From the NCBI GenBank assembly GCA_038108555.1, contig JAYNIA010000005.1, forward strand, positions 8,956 through 72,955: a stretch of DNA of 64,000 nt. The letters run 5' to 3'. This document shows, piece by piece, positions 16,606 through 26,109 of this stretch (position 1 is its first letter; each line of letters opens with the position of its first letter). The position numbers and the translations under genes were made by a program. Under the pieces are notes generated by a model. It was not told where the DNA came from and did not search any database. It saw only the letters and a program-made list of their open reading frames with translations. The DNA is from Nitrospinota bacterium (lineage in GTDB: Bacteria; Nitrospinota; Nitrospinia; Nitrospinales; VA-1).

Positions 16606-18774
16606 TTATAGGATGATAAGATTTGCCATATTCGCCGCCAGCTTCTTTTTCCCATGCGGACCCTTGAAAAACACCTCCAGTTTCAGGTCTTCTTCACTGC
16701 CGGATCGATTGATCACAATTCCCGAACCAAATTTTGGATGCAATACTTTGGTCCCAATTGAATATTCCACCGCAGATTCAGCCTCAACAGCAAAAGAGGA
16801 GTTCGAACTGCCCGAAAACGGCAAAGACGTATCGGTTTGAAATTCCTGAAAACCAGATTCTCTAACGATCACCTCATCCGGAATGGAATGCAAGAATTCT
16901 GATGGAGGGTAGTTGAAGGTATTTCCATATATCCTTCGCCGTCTGGCGTGGGAAACAAACAATCTTTTTTTTGCGCGCGTAAAGCCCACATAGCAGAGCC
17001 TTCTTTCTTCTTCATATTCCGCAGAATCTGACATGGAACTGGCATGAGGCAAAAGCCCATTTTCCATCCCCACCACAAACACCACAGCAAACTCCAGACC
17101 TTTACATGTATGCAATGTCATTAAAGGCAGAACCCCTCTTTCATCATCCAGGTTGTCCAGATCCGCAACCAAGGCGGTGGAGTCTAAAAACTCGCGCAAC
17201 GAACTATTTTCGTTTTCCACCAACTGTTCAACAGCCGAATACAATTCGTTCAAGTTTTCAAGTCTTCCCTTACTTTCACGTGTATCCTCATTTTTCAGCA
17301 TGGTGGCATAACCTGAACAATCGATCACTTCCGTCAACAGTTCCAATGCATTGGATTGTCGACAAACCGAATCCAAATGGTCCATGATCCCAATGAAGTT
17401 CTCAATTTTTTTGGTAGCTGCGGCACCCAGCAATCCCCCTTTACCGGCTCGACGAAGACCTTCGAAAAAAGAAATTTCATTTTGCTGGCAAAACACATCC
17501 ACTTTCTCCAGGGAAGTTTTTCCTATTCCCCGCGCAGGAACATTAACAATGCGCTTTAGTGAAACCGAGTCATCCGGGTTCAGCAAAACCCGCATATAGG
17601 CAAGTACATCTTTTATCTCTTTTCTTTCATAGAACCGGAGTCCCCCAATGACCTGATAAGGTATTTCTGCCCTGCGCAAAACATCTTCCATAACCCGGGA
17701 CTGGGCATTGGTTCTGTATAACACCGCCATTTCATTCAAAGAGTATCCCTCTTCCTGGCATAAGGATTGGATGCGCCTACAAACAAACTCCGCTTCGCGG
17801 GTCTCATCTTCCGCCTTGTGGCAAAGTACCGGCTCGCCTTTTTCGTTTTGGGTCCACAACGTCTTTTCGTTACGGTTCATGTTTTCTCGAACCACATTCC
17901 CGGCTGCACTCAATATACTTTGAGTAGAGCGATAGTTTTCTTCTAGTTTAATAACGGTGGTACCGGGATAATCATTTTCAAATTTTAGAATATTTTCAAT
18001 ATTGGCACCTCTCCATCGGTAAATGCTTTGGTCGTCATCACCCACCACACACACATTATTTAAATCTCTGGAAAGCAATCGCACCAACTCGTACTGAACT
18101 TCATTCGTATCCTGAAATTCATCCACTAAAATATATTGAAATTTTTTATCATAATGTTCACGGAGTGAAGGAACCTGCTGCAACAATTTTGCGGTAGACG
18201 TTAATAGATCGTCAAAATCCAATGCATTATTGGACTTCAGCGTTCCCTGATAAACAGGATAAAGTTCTGCCGCCTTCATTTGGTTACCGTAGGACAATGT
18301 GTCCAAATCAATTTGTTCTGGAAGAATGAAATCATTTTTAAATCCGCTAATGTGATTCAATATCGATTTCGGCGGAAATGCATCTTTACTTATTTGAGCT
18401 GCTTTCATACATTGTTTGATCAGGGTCAATTGATCTTGTGCGTCATAAACCGCAAAATCATTTGTAAACCCCAATTCCGAGATATGCCTTCGCAACATCC
18501 TCAAACAAAAAGAATGAAAAGTACTGACCCATGGAGTGCCTTCATCCGGACCCAACATATTCCGGATTCGGTCTTTCATTTCTCCTGCCGCCTTGTTGGT
18601 AAAGGTGATGGCTAAAACTCCTTCGGGATCGACTCCCACTTCACGTATCAAATGGGCAATGCGGTAGGTAATTACACGCGTTTTTCCAGAACCCGCACCG
18701 GCCACGACCATTAGGGGGCCTTCCCTATGGACCACGGCTTGATGTTGTTGAGGATTTAAAGATTCAAGATTCAT
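16606..18774 (-). CDS. pcrA: ATP-dependent DNA helicase, UvrD/PcrA family
   Basis: 722 aa. Walker A AGAGSGKTRV, DEFQDT, and all SF1 helicase motifs are recognisable. Confidence 0.9.
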   Translation of the reverse strand: MNLESLNPQQHQAVVHREGPLMVVAGAGSGKTRVITYRIAHLIREVGVDPEGVLAITFTNKAAGEMKDRIRNMLGPDEGTPWVSTFHSFCLRMLRRHISELGFTNDFAVYDAQDQLTLIKQCMKAAQISKDAFPPKSILNHISGFKNDFILPEQIDLDTLSYGNQMKAAELYPVYQGTLKSNNALDFDDLLTSTAKLLQQVPSLREHYDKKFQYILVDEFQDTNEVQYELVRLLSRDLNNVCVVGDDDQSIYRWRGANIENILKFENDYPGTTVIKLEENYRSTQSILSAAGNVVRENMNRNEKTLWTQNEKGEPVLCHKAEDETREAEFVCRRIQSLCQEEGYSLNEMAVLYRTNAQSRVMEDVLRRAEIPYQVIGGLRFYERKEIKDVLAYMRVLLNPDDSVSLKRIVNVPARGIGKTSLEKVDVFCQQNEISFFEGLRRAGKGGLLGAAATKKIENFIGIMDHLDSVCRQSNALELLTEVIDCSGYATMLKNEDTRESKGRLENLNELYSAVEQLVENENSSLREFLDSTALVADLDNLDDERGVLPLMTLHTCKGLEFAVVFVVGMENGLLPHASSMSDSAEYEEERRLCYVGFTRAKKRLFVSHARRRRIYGNTFNYPPSEFLHSIPDEVIVRESGFQEFQTDTSLPFSGSSNSSFAVEAESAVEYSIGTKVLHPKFGSGIVINRSGSEEDLKLEVFFKGPHGKKKLAANMANLIIL

Positions 18775-18818
18775 AAATTATCAGGAAGGAAAACCGGAGT
18801 GGATACTTAAATTGATCT

Positions 18819-19751
18819 TTATACCATGGCTTCCCATGCAATTGAAGCCAGCGCTTCAATATACGTTGGGGAAAAATTCAAGGACTCTGTTCTATAAAGC
18901 TTGAGCTTCCTCTCTTCAGCGTATTGTTTGAATTCTATATCAATGTCAAAAAGAATTTCCACATGGTCACAAACAAAACCTACAGGGACGATCAATACTG
19001 TTTTCGATCCCACCCGGGAAATTTTATCTAATACCGATTCAACGGTGGGTCCCAACCAGGGAACCGGAATCATGCCCTGACTCTGATAAGCCTTATACCA
19101 ATGTTTGGGTTTTACACGATCCACAAGTAGTTGGACTGTCTTGTTAAATTCCTGATCATATGGATCGCCGAATTCAAGGGACTCTGATGGAATACTATGT
19201 GCAGTGAATACGGTGTAAATAGAATCAGGTTTTTCCGGCTCCAGTCTCTTCAGAGCTTCATTGTATTTTTCAGCAAAGACATCGATTAACAACGGATGGT
19301 TGGCCCAACTCCCGACGAAATGCACATCTATATTTTCGCCCCCACAACTTTTCAGACCTTCCTTAAAAGCTTTGAAATAGAGTCTGGTGCTCCAGGTACT
19401 GAATTGCGGGGCGAGGCAAAGGGCGACAACTTTTTTAATTCCATCTTCCTTCATTCGCTTTACTTCATCAGCGATAAAGGGGCTCCAGTTCCGCATACCC
19501 ACATATACTTTGAATTGAGGTCCTTCCTGGTTGAGGAATTTTTCTAATCGGCTCGCGAGTTCGGCAGTGATCTCTCTTAAAGGAGACTTACCCCCGATCT
19601 GCTCGTATCTGTCACGAATAATCCCAATGACTTCGGGGGTAGATTCCGTACCCCCACGGATTTTTTTTAAATATTCAGGAATATCATCGGTGGACTCTGG
19701 CGCTCCATGCGCCATAAGAAATATCCCGATTTGGGGCTTGGCATTATTCAT
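18819..19751 (-). CDS. hemH: ferrochelatase
   Basis: 310 aa. LMAHGAP, FTAHSIP and CDHVE ferrochelatase motifs. Overlaps the hemE stop by 8 nt. Confidence 0.9.
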   Translation of the reverse strand: MNNAKPQIGIFLMAHGAPESTDDIPEYLKKIRGGTESTPEVIGIIRDRYEQIGGKSPLREITAELASRLEKFLNQEGPQFKVYVGMRNWSPFIADEVKRMKEDGIKKVVALCLAPQFSTWSTRLYFKAFKEGLKSCGGENIDVHFVGSWANHPLLIDVFAEKYNEALKRLEPEKPDSIYTVFTAHSIPSESLEFGDPYDQEFNKTVQLLVDRVKPKHWYKAYQSQGMIPVPWLGPTVESVLDKISRVGSKTVLIVPVGFVCDHVEILFDIDIEFKQYAEERKLKLYRTESLNFSPTYIEALASIAWEAMV

Positions 19752-20781
19752 ATTTAAAATCGTGAACCATTTCGGCTACTGCTTTTACATGGTCCACCGG
19801 GGTGTGCTGTAAAATGCCATGACCTAAATTAAAAATATGCCCCTGCGGTCCGGCACGGCGAAGAATATCATGAACTCTTTCTTTAATAACAGGAATGGGA
19901 GCAAAAAGGGTTACCGGGTCGAGGTTCCCTTGCACCGGTTGATTGGGTCCTAAAATTTTCCGGGCCTCATCAATTTCAATACGCCAGTCAAAGCTGACCA
20001 CATCTCCACCGGCCTGCTGTACCAAGTCGAGCATCGTGGAAGTTCCTGTACTAAAATTAATGATCGGGACTCCAAATTCTTTCAGTCCATCAAACACCCT
20101 TTTTAAATGGGGCAAGATATATTTTTGATAATCGTGAGGACTCAGGCATCCCACCCAGCTATCAAATATTTGCAAGGCCTGCGCACCGGCATTCACCTGC
20201 ATTTTCAAATAATCCACAAGCATGGTGCACACCTTGTCCATCAATTGATCCCAAACATCCGTGGCCTCATACATCATCAATTTTGTCGTAGTAAAATCGC
20301 GAGATTTTCCGCCTTCTATCATATAGCTGCACAAGGTAAACGGAGCGCCTGCAAATCCAATCAGAGGAATTTTACCGTCGATCTCTTTACGTACCAGCCG
20401 GATAGCATCTCCCACAAAACCGAGTTGTTCTTCTGCATTGACTGGCAGCAGTTTTTCGACCGCCTTTTTATCCTTAACAGGTCGCGGAATAACAGGACCG
20501 TCCCCGGCGGAAAACTCCAGACCAGTTCCCATGGGCTCGAGAGGGAGAAGAATATCAGCAAAAATAATTGCAGCATCGATATCCAGAACCCCCACCGGCT
20601 GCATGGTTACTTCGCAAGCTAGTTCCGGGGTTTTACACATTTCCAGAAATGTATATTTTTCTTTCAGGTCGCGATAGACCTTCATATATCGCCCTGCTTG
20701 CCGCATGAACCAAACCGGGGTTTTGTCGACCGGCTCACCCCGGCATGCTTTTATAAATCGAAATTCACTAGAATCGTTCAT
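19744..20781 (-). CDS. hemE: uroporphyrinogen decarboxylase
   Basis: 345 aa. PVWFMRQAGRYM signature and collinear similarity to HemE. Confidence 0.92.
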   Translation of the reverse strand: MNDSSEFRFIKACRGEPVDKTPVWFMRQAGRYMKVYRDLKEKYTFLEMCKTPELACEVTMQPVGVLDIDAAIIFADILLPLEPMGTGLEFSAGDGPVIPRPVKDKKAVEKLLPVNAEEQLGFVGDAIRLVRKEIDGKIPLIGFAGAPFTLCSYMIEGGKSRDFTTTKLMMYEATDVWDQLMDKVCTMLVDYLKMQVNAGAQALQIFDSWVGCLSPHDYQKYILPHLKRVFDGLKEFGVPIINFSTGTSTMLDLVQQAGGDVVSFDWRIEIDEARKILGPNQPVQGNLDPVTLFAPIPVIKERVHDILRRAGPQGHIFNLGHGILQHTPVDHVKAVAEMVHDFKYE

Positions 20782-20874
20782 AGACCTCTTTATAGAAATG
20801 GATTAAAATTTACTGATTATAGGACGGGACCCCAGTATGTTCAATGGTTTGTTTGAGCACAGACGGAAAATTAA

Positions 20875-22023
20875 TTATCCTCCGGAAACCCCTGAAAATC
20901 GGCCTAGAACGGCCTCAATTTCCTTTAAAACCATTGGCTCCTCTTCCCCAGCAAGCTTTTCATCAAAAACGGGTACACTACGGGACAATAAAAGCTCTCC
21001 CAATGCCCAGACCACATGAGCCCGGATAAGTGGCTCCTCATCATCCAGAGCTTTAATCAAAAATGGCACCGCCTTGGGGTTTTTGGAATTTCCTAAAGCA
21101 ACGGCAACATTTCTTAAAAGTCCGCGTCGTTTAATTCTTTTTATTGGACTTCCCTTGAACCTTTTTCGAAATCCCTTATCATCCAAAGAAATTAAATCCG
21201 TCAATAAAAAATTACTATCCACCGACTTAAATGCAGGTTCTTCTGTCTTTACTGCATACGAGTTCCAGGGGCATACAATCTGGCAATCGTCACACCCGTA
21301 GATTCTATTCCCAATCGCTTTCCTGAACTCAACGGGTATGACTCCTTTGAGCTCAATTGTAAGATAGGAAATGCATTTTTTTGAATCCAGCACATAAGGG
21401 GAAACAATTGCCTGAGTGGGGCATATATCGATACAACTACGGCAGGTTCCACAATGGTTTTCTGCAAATGTCGATTCAGGAAGAGCCACATCGACTAATA
21501 TTTCTGAAAGGAAATACCAGGAACCGATCCCTTCACTGAGTAAATTTGTATGCTTTCCTATCCAACCAAGACCTGCCTGTTGCGCCAGAGGTTTTTCCAG
21601 AATGGGACCTGTATCCACATATATTTTTGCATTACACTCCGGGAACTCCTTACGAATGGTTTCTTCAAGCTCTTTCAAGCGGGGAGTGATTATATCGTGG
21701 TAGTCCTTATTCAAAGCATATAGGGAAACATCTCCCAGATCGGGGAAGTCCAAAAACTCCATTCCTTTTTCTGCCGTAAAATAATTGGTTCTCAAACAAA
21801 TGACACTTTTAACATTCTCCAACACCAGATCCGGATCGCAGCGTTTTTCCCCACCTCGTCCCATATAGCCCATCTCACCTGCATAACCCAATTCCAACCA
21901 TTGACGGAATTTCTCACCTGCTTCTTTTAAAAAAGGATTGGCAATTCCAAAGCCATCAAAACCCAGAGCGAAGGCCTGTTCTTCGATATTTTTTATTTTG
22001 TCTTCCAATTCTGAAATAGGCAT
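20875..22023 (-). CDS. queG: epoxyqueuosine reductase (with C-terminal HEAT-like repeats)
   Basis: 382 aa. Two ferredoxin-type motifs, CGTCRSCIDICP and CDDCQIVCPWN, in QueG context. Confidence 0.88.
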   Translation of the reverse strand: MPISELEDKIKNIEEQAFALGFDGFGIANPFLKEAGEKFRQWLELGYAGEMGYMGRGGEKRCDPDLVLENVKSVICLRTNYFTAEKGMEFLDFPDLGDVSLYALNKDYHDIITPRLKELEETIRKEFPECNAKIYVDTGPILEKPLAQQAGLGWIGKHTNLLSEGIGSWYFLSEILVDVALPESTFAENHCGTCRSCIDICPTQAIVSPYVLDSKKCISYLTIELKGVIPVEFRKAIGNRIYGCDDCQIVCPWNSYAVKTEEPAFKSVDSNFLLTDLISLDDKGFRKRFKGSPIKRIKRRGLLRNVAVALGNSKNPKAVPFLIKALDDEEPLIRAHVVWALGELLLSRSVPVFDEKLAGEEEPMVLKEIEAVLGRFSGVSGG

Positions 22024-22118
22024 TTCCAGATAAGTTGAAGGTAATGGGTTATTTTGATATTCTCGGAAAAGTTGATTGCTTCAAGAACAGTTTAGAATCC
22101 TAAATAAGGAATAACCAA

Positions 22119-23069
22119 GTGAATAAAACGGGCTATATATCAGATCCCTTTTATTTGAAACACGAGAACGAACCTCACCCGGAAAATCCCGGGCGCTTGA
22201 ACGCCATTAAAAGTAAAATTGAATCCTCAAATTATTACAACAACCTCACATTAATTCAACCCCGCAAAGCAACAGTAGACGATATTGCCCGCGTCCATGA
22301 CAAGGGATACATAGAAAGTGTCGAACAGAGTTGTAAAAATGGGGTACGGAATCTGGATATGGATACGGTAATTTCACCGGACTCTTACGAGGCTGCTTTG
22401 TTAAGTGCGGGTGCCGGATTGGAAGCTGTTGATAATATTCTGGATGGCACAGTGAACAATGCCTTTTGCGCAGTACGTCCTCCCGGCCATCATGCGGAAC
22501 AAGATCGGGCCATGGGTTTTTGCCTGTTTAATAATGTAGCGGTCGTCGCACGTTATGCCCAGGAGGCAAAACAACTGGACAAAATTTTAATCTTTGATTG
22601 GGATGTTCACCATGGCAATGGGACACAACATTCCTTTTATAATAATTCTTCCATTTTTTATAGCAGCACCCACCAATACCCCTTCTATCCGGGAACAGGA
22701 GGAAACGATGAAACAGGTTCCGGCGATGGACTGGGGTCGAATTTGAACATGCCCATGCGAGCATACTCGGAAGACTCTGATTATCTGGAGGCCATAGAGA
22801 ATCGGCTGGTTCCTGCAATTCAAAAATTCAATCCAGATCTGATAATCATCTCGGCAGGATTCGATGCCCATGTCAATGATCCGCTTGCCCAAATCGAATT
22901 GAGCACAGAATGCTACGGGAAAATGACACAACAGCTTTTAAAAGTGGCCCAAGATGTCTGTGGAGGAAAGATACTCTCCATGCTCGAGGGGGGATATGAT
23001 TATTCCGCCTTATCCGATTCCGTCCAACTCCATGTTGAAACACTCCTAAACCCTAACTCAGAAAATTAA
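22119..23069 (+). CDS. histone deacetylase / acetoin-utilisation (AcuC-like) family deacetylase
   Basis: 316 aa. RPPGHHA, DWDVHHGNGTQ and GFDAH motifs. GTG start. Confidence 0.85.
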   Translation: MNKTGYISDPFYLKHENEPHPENPGRLNAIKSKIESSNYYNNLTLIQPRKATVDDIARVHDKGYIESVEQSCKNGVRNLDMDTVISPDSYEAALLSAGAGLEAVDNILDGTVNNAFCAVRPPGHHAEQDRAMGFCLFNNVAVVARYAQEAKQLDKILIFDWDVHHGNGTQHSFYNNSSIFYSSTHQYPFYPGTGGNDETGSGDGLGSNLNMPMRAYSEDSDYLEAIENRLVPAIQKFNPDLIIISAGFDAHVNDPLAQIELSTECYGKMTQQLLKVAQDVCGGKILSMLEGGYDYSALSDSVQLHVETLLNPNSEN

Positions 23070-23177
23070 ATTTGCAAATCCCTTGGCGGATTCAAAAAAA
23101 AGGGTTCCGATTATTAATCGTTTTAGATATTATAGGGGCGTTGTTTTTTAAATATTTTCAAGGAAAAAAAATTTTAA

Positions 23178-23357
23178 ATGCCCCACCCCACTGAGCCTAA
23201 CGATAAAATTGGAATCTTTTCCGAGTTTGTAGATTTTTTAAAAACACGAAAAAAATGGTGGTTAGGTCCTATTGTTCTCATCATGTTATTAATGGGCTTG
23301 TTGATTGTGCTCACTGAAGGGAGCGCCGTAGCCCCATTCATATACACTCTTTTTTAA
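23178..23357 (+). CDS. DUF5989-like small membrane protein (not in the ORF track; 59 aa)
   Basis: Hand translation: MPHPTEPNDKIGIFSEFVDFLKTRKKWWLGPIVLIMLLMGLLIVLTEGSAVAPFIYTLF. The KKWWL...TxGSAVAPFIYTLF ending matches my memory of the DUF5989 family. Confidence 0.55.
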   Translation: MPHPTEPNDKIGIFSEFVDFLKTRKKWWLGPIVLIMLLMGLLIVLTEGSAVAPFIYTLF

Positions 23358-23366
23358 AAAACTCCC

Positions 23367-24053
23367 TTGCTAAAACTGTCAATAGTTATTCCCATTTATA
23401 ATGAGCGGGATACTCTGGAGACTCTAGTCGCCAAAGTCAATGCTGTTGATTATGAAAAAGAGATTATATTAGTTGATGATTTTTCGACCGATGGTACCCG
23501 TGAAATTTTAAAAAAATACGAAAACCAGGACGGCTTCCAGGTTCTTTATCATAAACGCAATCAAGGAAAAGGAGCGGCATTAAGGACCGGATTCTCCCAG
23601 GTAAACGGGGATATCATAATCATTCAAGATGCGGATCTGGAATACAACCCGGCGGATTACGGAGTATTGATCGAACCGATTCTGGATGGCCGCGCAGACG
23701 TCGTTTACGGTTCCCGGTTTTTGGGAGGACCTCATCGCGTTTTGTTTTACTGGCACTCGGTAGGGAATATGGTGTTAACAACCCTTTCCAATATGTTCAC
23801 CAACGTCAACCTTACAGATATGGAAACCGGTTATAAGGTATTCACCAAAGAAGTCAACGACGCTCTCACCTTTAAATGCAATCGTTTCGGATTCGAACCC
23901 GAATTCACAGCAAAGGTCGCAAAAAAGAATTTCAGGATTTATGAAGTGCCCATTACCTATAATGGCCGGGACTATTCAGAAGGAAAGAAAATTACCTGGA
24001 AAGATGGTGTCGCTGCTATTTGGTATATTTTCAAGTTCCGCTTTACAGACTGA
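23367..24053 (+). CDS. family 2 glycosyltransferase (polyprenol-phosphate sugar transferase-like)
   Basis: 228 aa. [19 protein letters not shown] and QDADLEY (DxD) motifs. TTG start 9 nt after the small ORF. Confidence 0.85.
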   Translation: MLKLSIVIPIYNERDTLETLVAKVNAVDYEKEIILVDDFSTDGTREILKKYENQDGFQVLYHKRNQGKGAALRTGFSQVNGDIIIIQDADLEYNPADYGVLIEPILDGRADVVYGSRFLGGPHRVLFYWHSVGNMVLTTLSNMFTNVNLTDMETGYKVFTKEVNDALTFKCNRFGFEPEFTAKVAKKNFRIYEVPITYNGRDYSEGKKITWKDGVAAIWYIFKFRFTD

Positions 24054-24071
24054 GCAGAAAAAGCCCTCTTT

Positions 24072-24461
24072 CTAATTCAACATTTCGCCACAATGGCTGC
24101 AGAAATCATCCTTAAATCCCACCTCATTTTCACAGGATGAACAAATTTGAAAATCCTCTACCTCTTCCAGTAGTTTTCTAGCGCGGGATACATCTTCTTT
24201 TTTGGACCAAACCCGAACCTTCATTAAGTCGGCTACAGGAGCGGGTCCGGCATGAAACGAAATATTTTCCAACTGGCATGGAATATCTTCACTTTCCAGA
24301 AAACCTCTAACAATGTGAGCTTTAGCTTCATTTAAAATAGTACATACGACCGCCAGTTCGGGAATGTCTTTTTCCAGGGAAGGAACAAGTTGGACATTAC
24401 AATCCCAACAGGTTGAGATGGAATTAGGATATTCGTCTTCACATTCCGGACAAATCTTCAT
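24072..24461 (-). CDS. DUF2007-like domain protein flanked by two zinc-ribbon motifs
   Basis: 129 aa. CPEC...CWDC at the N-terminus and CSSC...CSHC at the C-terminus. The central EAKAHIVRGFLESEDIP resembles DUF2007. Confidence 0.5.
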   Translation of the reverse strand: MKICPECEDEYPNSISTCWDCNVQLVPSLEKDIPELAVVCTILNEAKAHIVRGFLESEDIPCQLENISFHAGPAPVADLMKVRVWSKKEDVSRARKLLEEVEDFQICSSCENEVGFKDDFCSHCGEMLN

Positions 24462-24542
24462 TCAATAAATTTAAATCACTTGCCTGGCATGTGCAAACAA
24501 AATTCTTCCACCCGCCAAACGCCGGTCAAAGTTTACTCTCTT

Positions 24543-24551
24543 TGATATAAT
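24543..24551 (+). promoter_or_regulatory. candidate extended -10 promoter element (TGATATAAT) for ORF 24572-24949
   Basis: TG-n-TATAAT lies ~20 nt upstream of the ORF start. Confidence 0.35.
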
Positions 24552-24571
24552 GTTTTATTCAAAAATATCCT

Positions 24572-24949
24572 TTGGATTGGGAGATGTATATTTACGTTAC
24601 TGAAAACACTTTCCATTTGGCAAAAAAAGATCAGATCGTGGGTTCTTATATTTACGATAAATTTAATGAGGCCATCGCAAAAGTCGAAGCACTGTTGGTA
24701 GAGCCCGAAACTCATTGTTGTCGTTATTTAATAATCCGTCTGGGAGGTTTTTTAAAAATCAGAGGAAAAATACTCGCCATCCCTCACGAAATTTGTGAGG
24801 TGGAAGACCTGGGAAAAATAAAAATCACCTGGAGAAAAGAGTCCCTACTGGCAGCTCCCAGCCCAATCAATATCCGCCAACTTACACCCAACGAAGATGA
24901 ACTTATACAGGATTACTTCCAAAATCAACCAAAATTGGTTACAAGTTAA
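24572..24949 (+). CDS. hypothetical protein, possibly PRC-barrel-like
   Basis: 125 aa. RYLIIRLGGFLKIRGKILAIPHE resembles the PRC-barrel core. Weak call and start uncertain. Confidence 0.35.
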   Translation: MDWEMYIYVTENTFHLAKKDQIVGSYIYDKFNEAIAKVEALLVEPETHCCRYLIIRLGGFLKIRGKILAIPHEICEVEDLGKIKITWRKESLLAAPSPINIRQLTPNEDELIQDYFQNQPKLVTS

Positions 24950-26025
24950 ACTCTTTGCAACAGCCGGTGAATTGCATCATGAACATTTTTTACGGTGATA
25001 TCTTCCAGGCAATAGGGCTTGTTATGTGGAGAGGGCTTGCATTCCCTGAAAAAACGTTGCCGGCAAGGGGAACAGGGATAATTTTGAGTTAAAATTTCAC
25101 AACGCTCCGGAGCCATGAAAGGACCGGTTGTATTGGGGTTTCCGGGGCCAAAAATGCCTACAATCGGAGTGCCCACCATCGCGGCCAGATGCATCATGCC
25201 ACTGTCGTTTCCAATAAAAATCCGGCTTTTCTTTAAGACTCCTGCAAGAACTCTTAAATTCATGGGCGGAGTGACTTTGACCTTACCGGGTGGGCAATAA
25301 TCTTTGATCCTGTTCAACATATCTTCTTCAGATTTCGTCCCCAGCAAAATCAGTTTTTTTCCATCCGCTTTGAATATTTTTTGGCATAAAATACCAAACC
25401 GCTCCACGTGCCAGCTTCTTTCCTCTTTCGAGGTTCCGGGATGAAGGGTGATAAACTCTTCATCCTCATCAAGCCCAATATTCAGCAAAGCTTCCCGGAC
25501 GGGCAAATCTCCCTCCTGCTTTACAACCGGACTGAATATGGTGTCGGGAATATCCAGGCTTAGAGGAGAAAAAATTTTAAAATAATAATCCACACGATAC
25601 TGGCTTTTCTTCAGATGATTGGTGGTGACAATGGGGTGTGTCAGAAAAATATCCCTTCCATCCGTGTTATATCCCAATCTGTTTTTGGTTCCCGTCAAGC
25701 TCAGTAAAAATGCGGAACCGAAGGAGTTGGGAAACACAATGCCTACATCGAACTGATATTTTTTCAAGCTGCGTGCAAATTTAACGCGGTTCCAAAAACC
25801 GGAATCTTTACCGGAAGGAAGTGAAAGCACCGTATTAATTGCAGGATGTCCCAGAAGGAGTTCATCGGAGGGAGGTTTTACCACCGCCGTTATTCTGGCT
25901 TTCGGATAAGCCCGTCGTAAGGCCTGCAAAGAGGGCAAAGTCAATACCACATCGCCAATCCAATTTGGCATCCACAAAACTATGCTGTGAATATCCTGAT
26001 TGTATAGGGGGCGGGATTCATCCAT
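24946..26025 (-). CDS. family 9 glycosyltransferase (LPS heptosyltransferase-like)
   Basis: 359 aa. NWIGDVV near the N-terminus and GNDSGMMHLAAMVGTPIVGIFGP near the C-terminus. Confidence 0.85.
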   Translation of the reverse strand: MDESRPLYNQDIHSIVLWMPNWIGDVVLTLPSLQALRRAYPKARITAVVKPPSDELLLGHPAINTVLSLPSGKDSGFWNRVKFARSLKKYQFDVGIVFPNSFGSAFLLSLTGTKNRLGYNTDGRDIFLTHPIVTTNHLKKSQYRVDYYFKIFSPLSLDIPDTIFSPVVKQEGDLPVREALLNIGLDEDEEFITLHPGTSKEERSWHVERFGILCQKIFKADGKKLILLGTKSEEDMLNRIKDYCPPGKVKVTPPMNLRVLAGVLKKSRIFIGNDSGMMHLAAMVGTPIVGIFGPGNPNTTGPFMAPERCEILTQNYPCSPCRQRFFRECKPSPHNKPYCLEDITVKNVHDAIHRLLQRV

Positions 26026-26109
26026 TACTTTACCCTTTGCCAGAACTCTTAAATAAAGTGTGCCACTAAAATTTAATTTTGTTCAACCTTGCTGGAGCAA
26101 ATGAGGATT

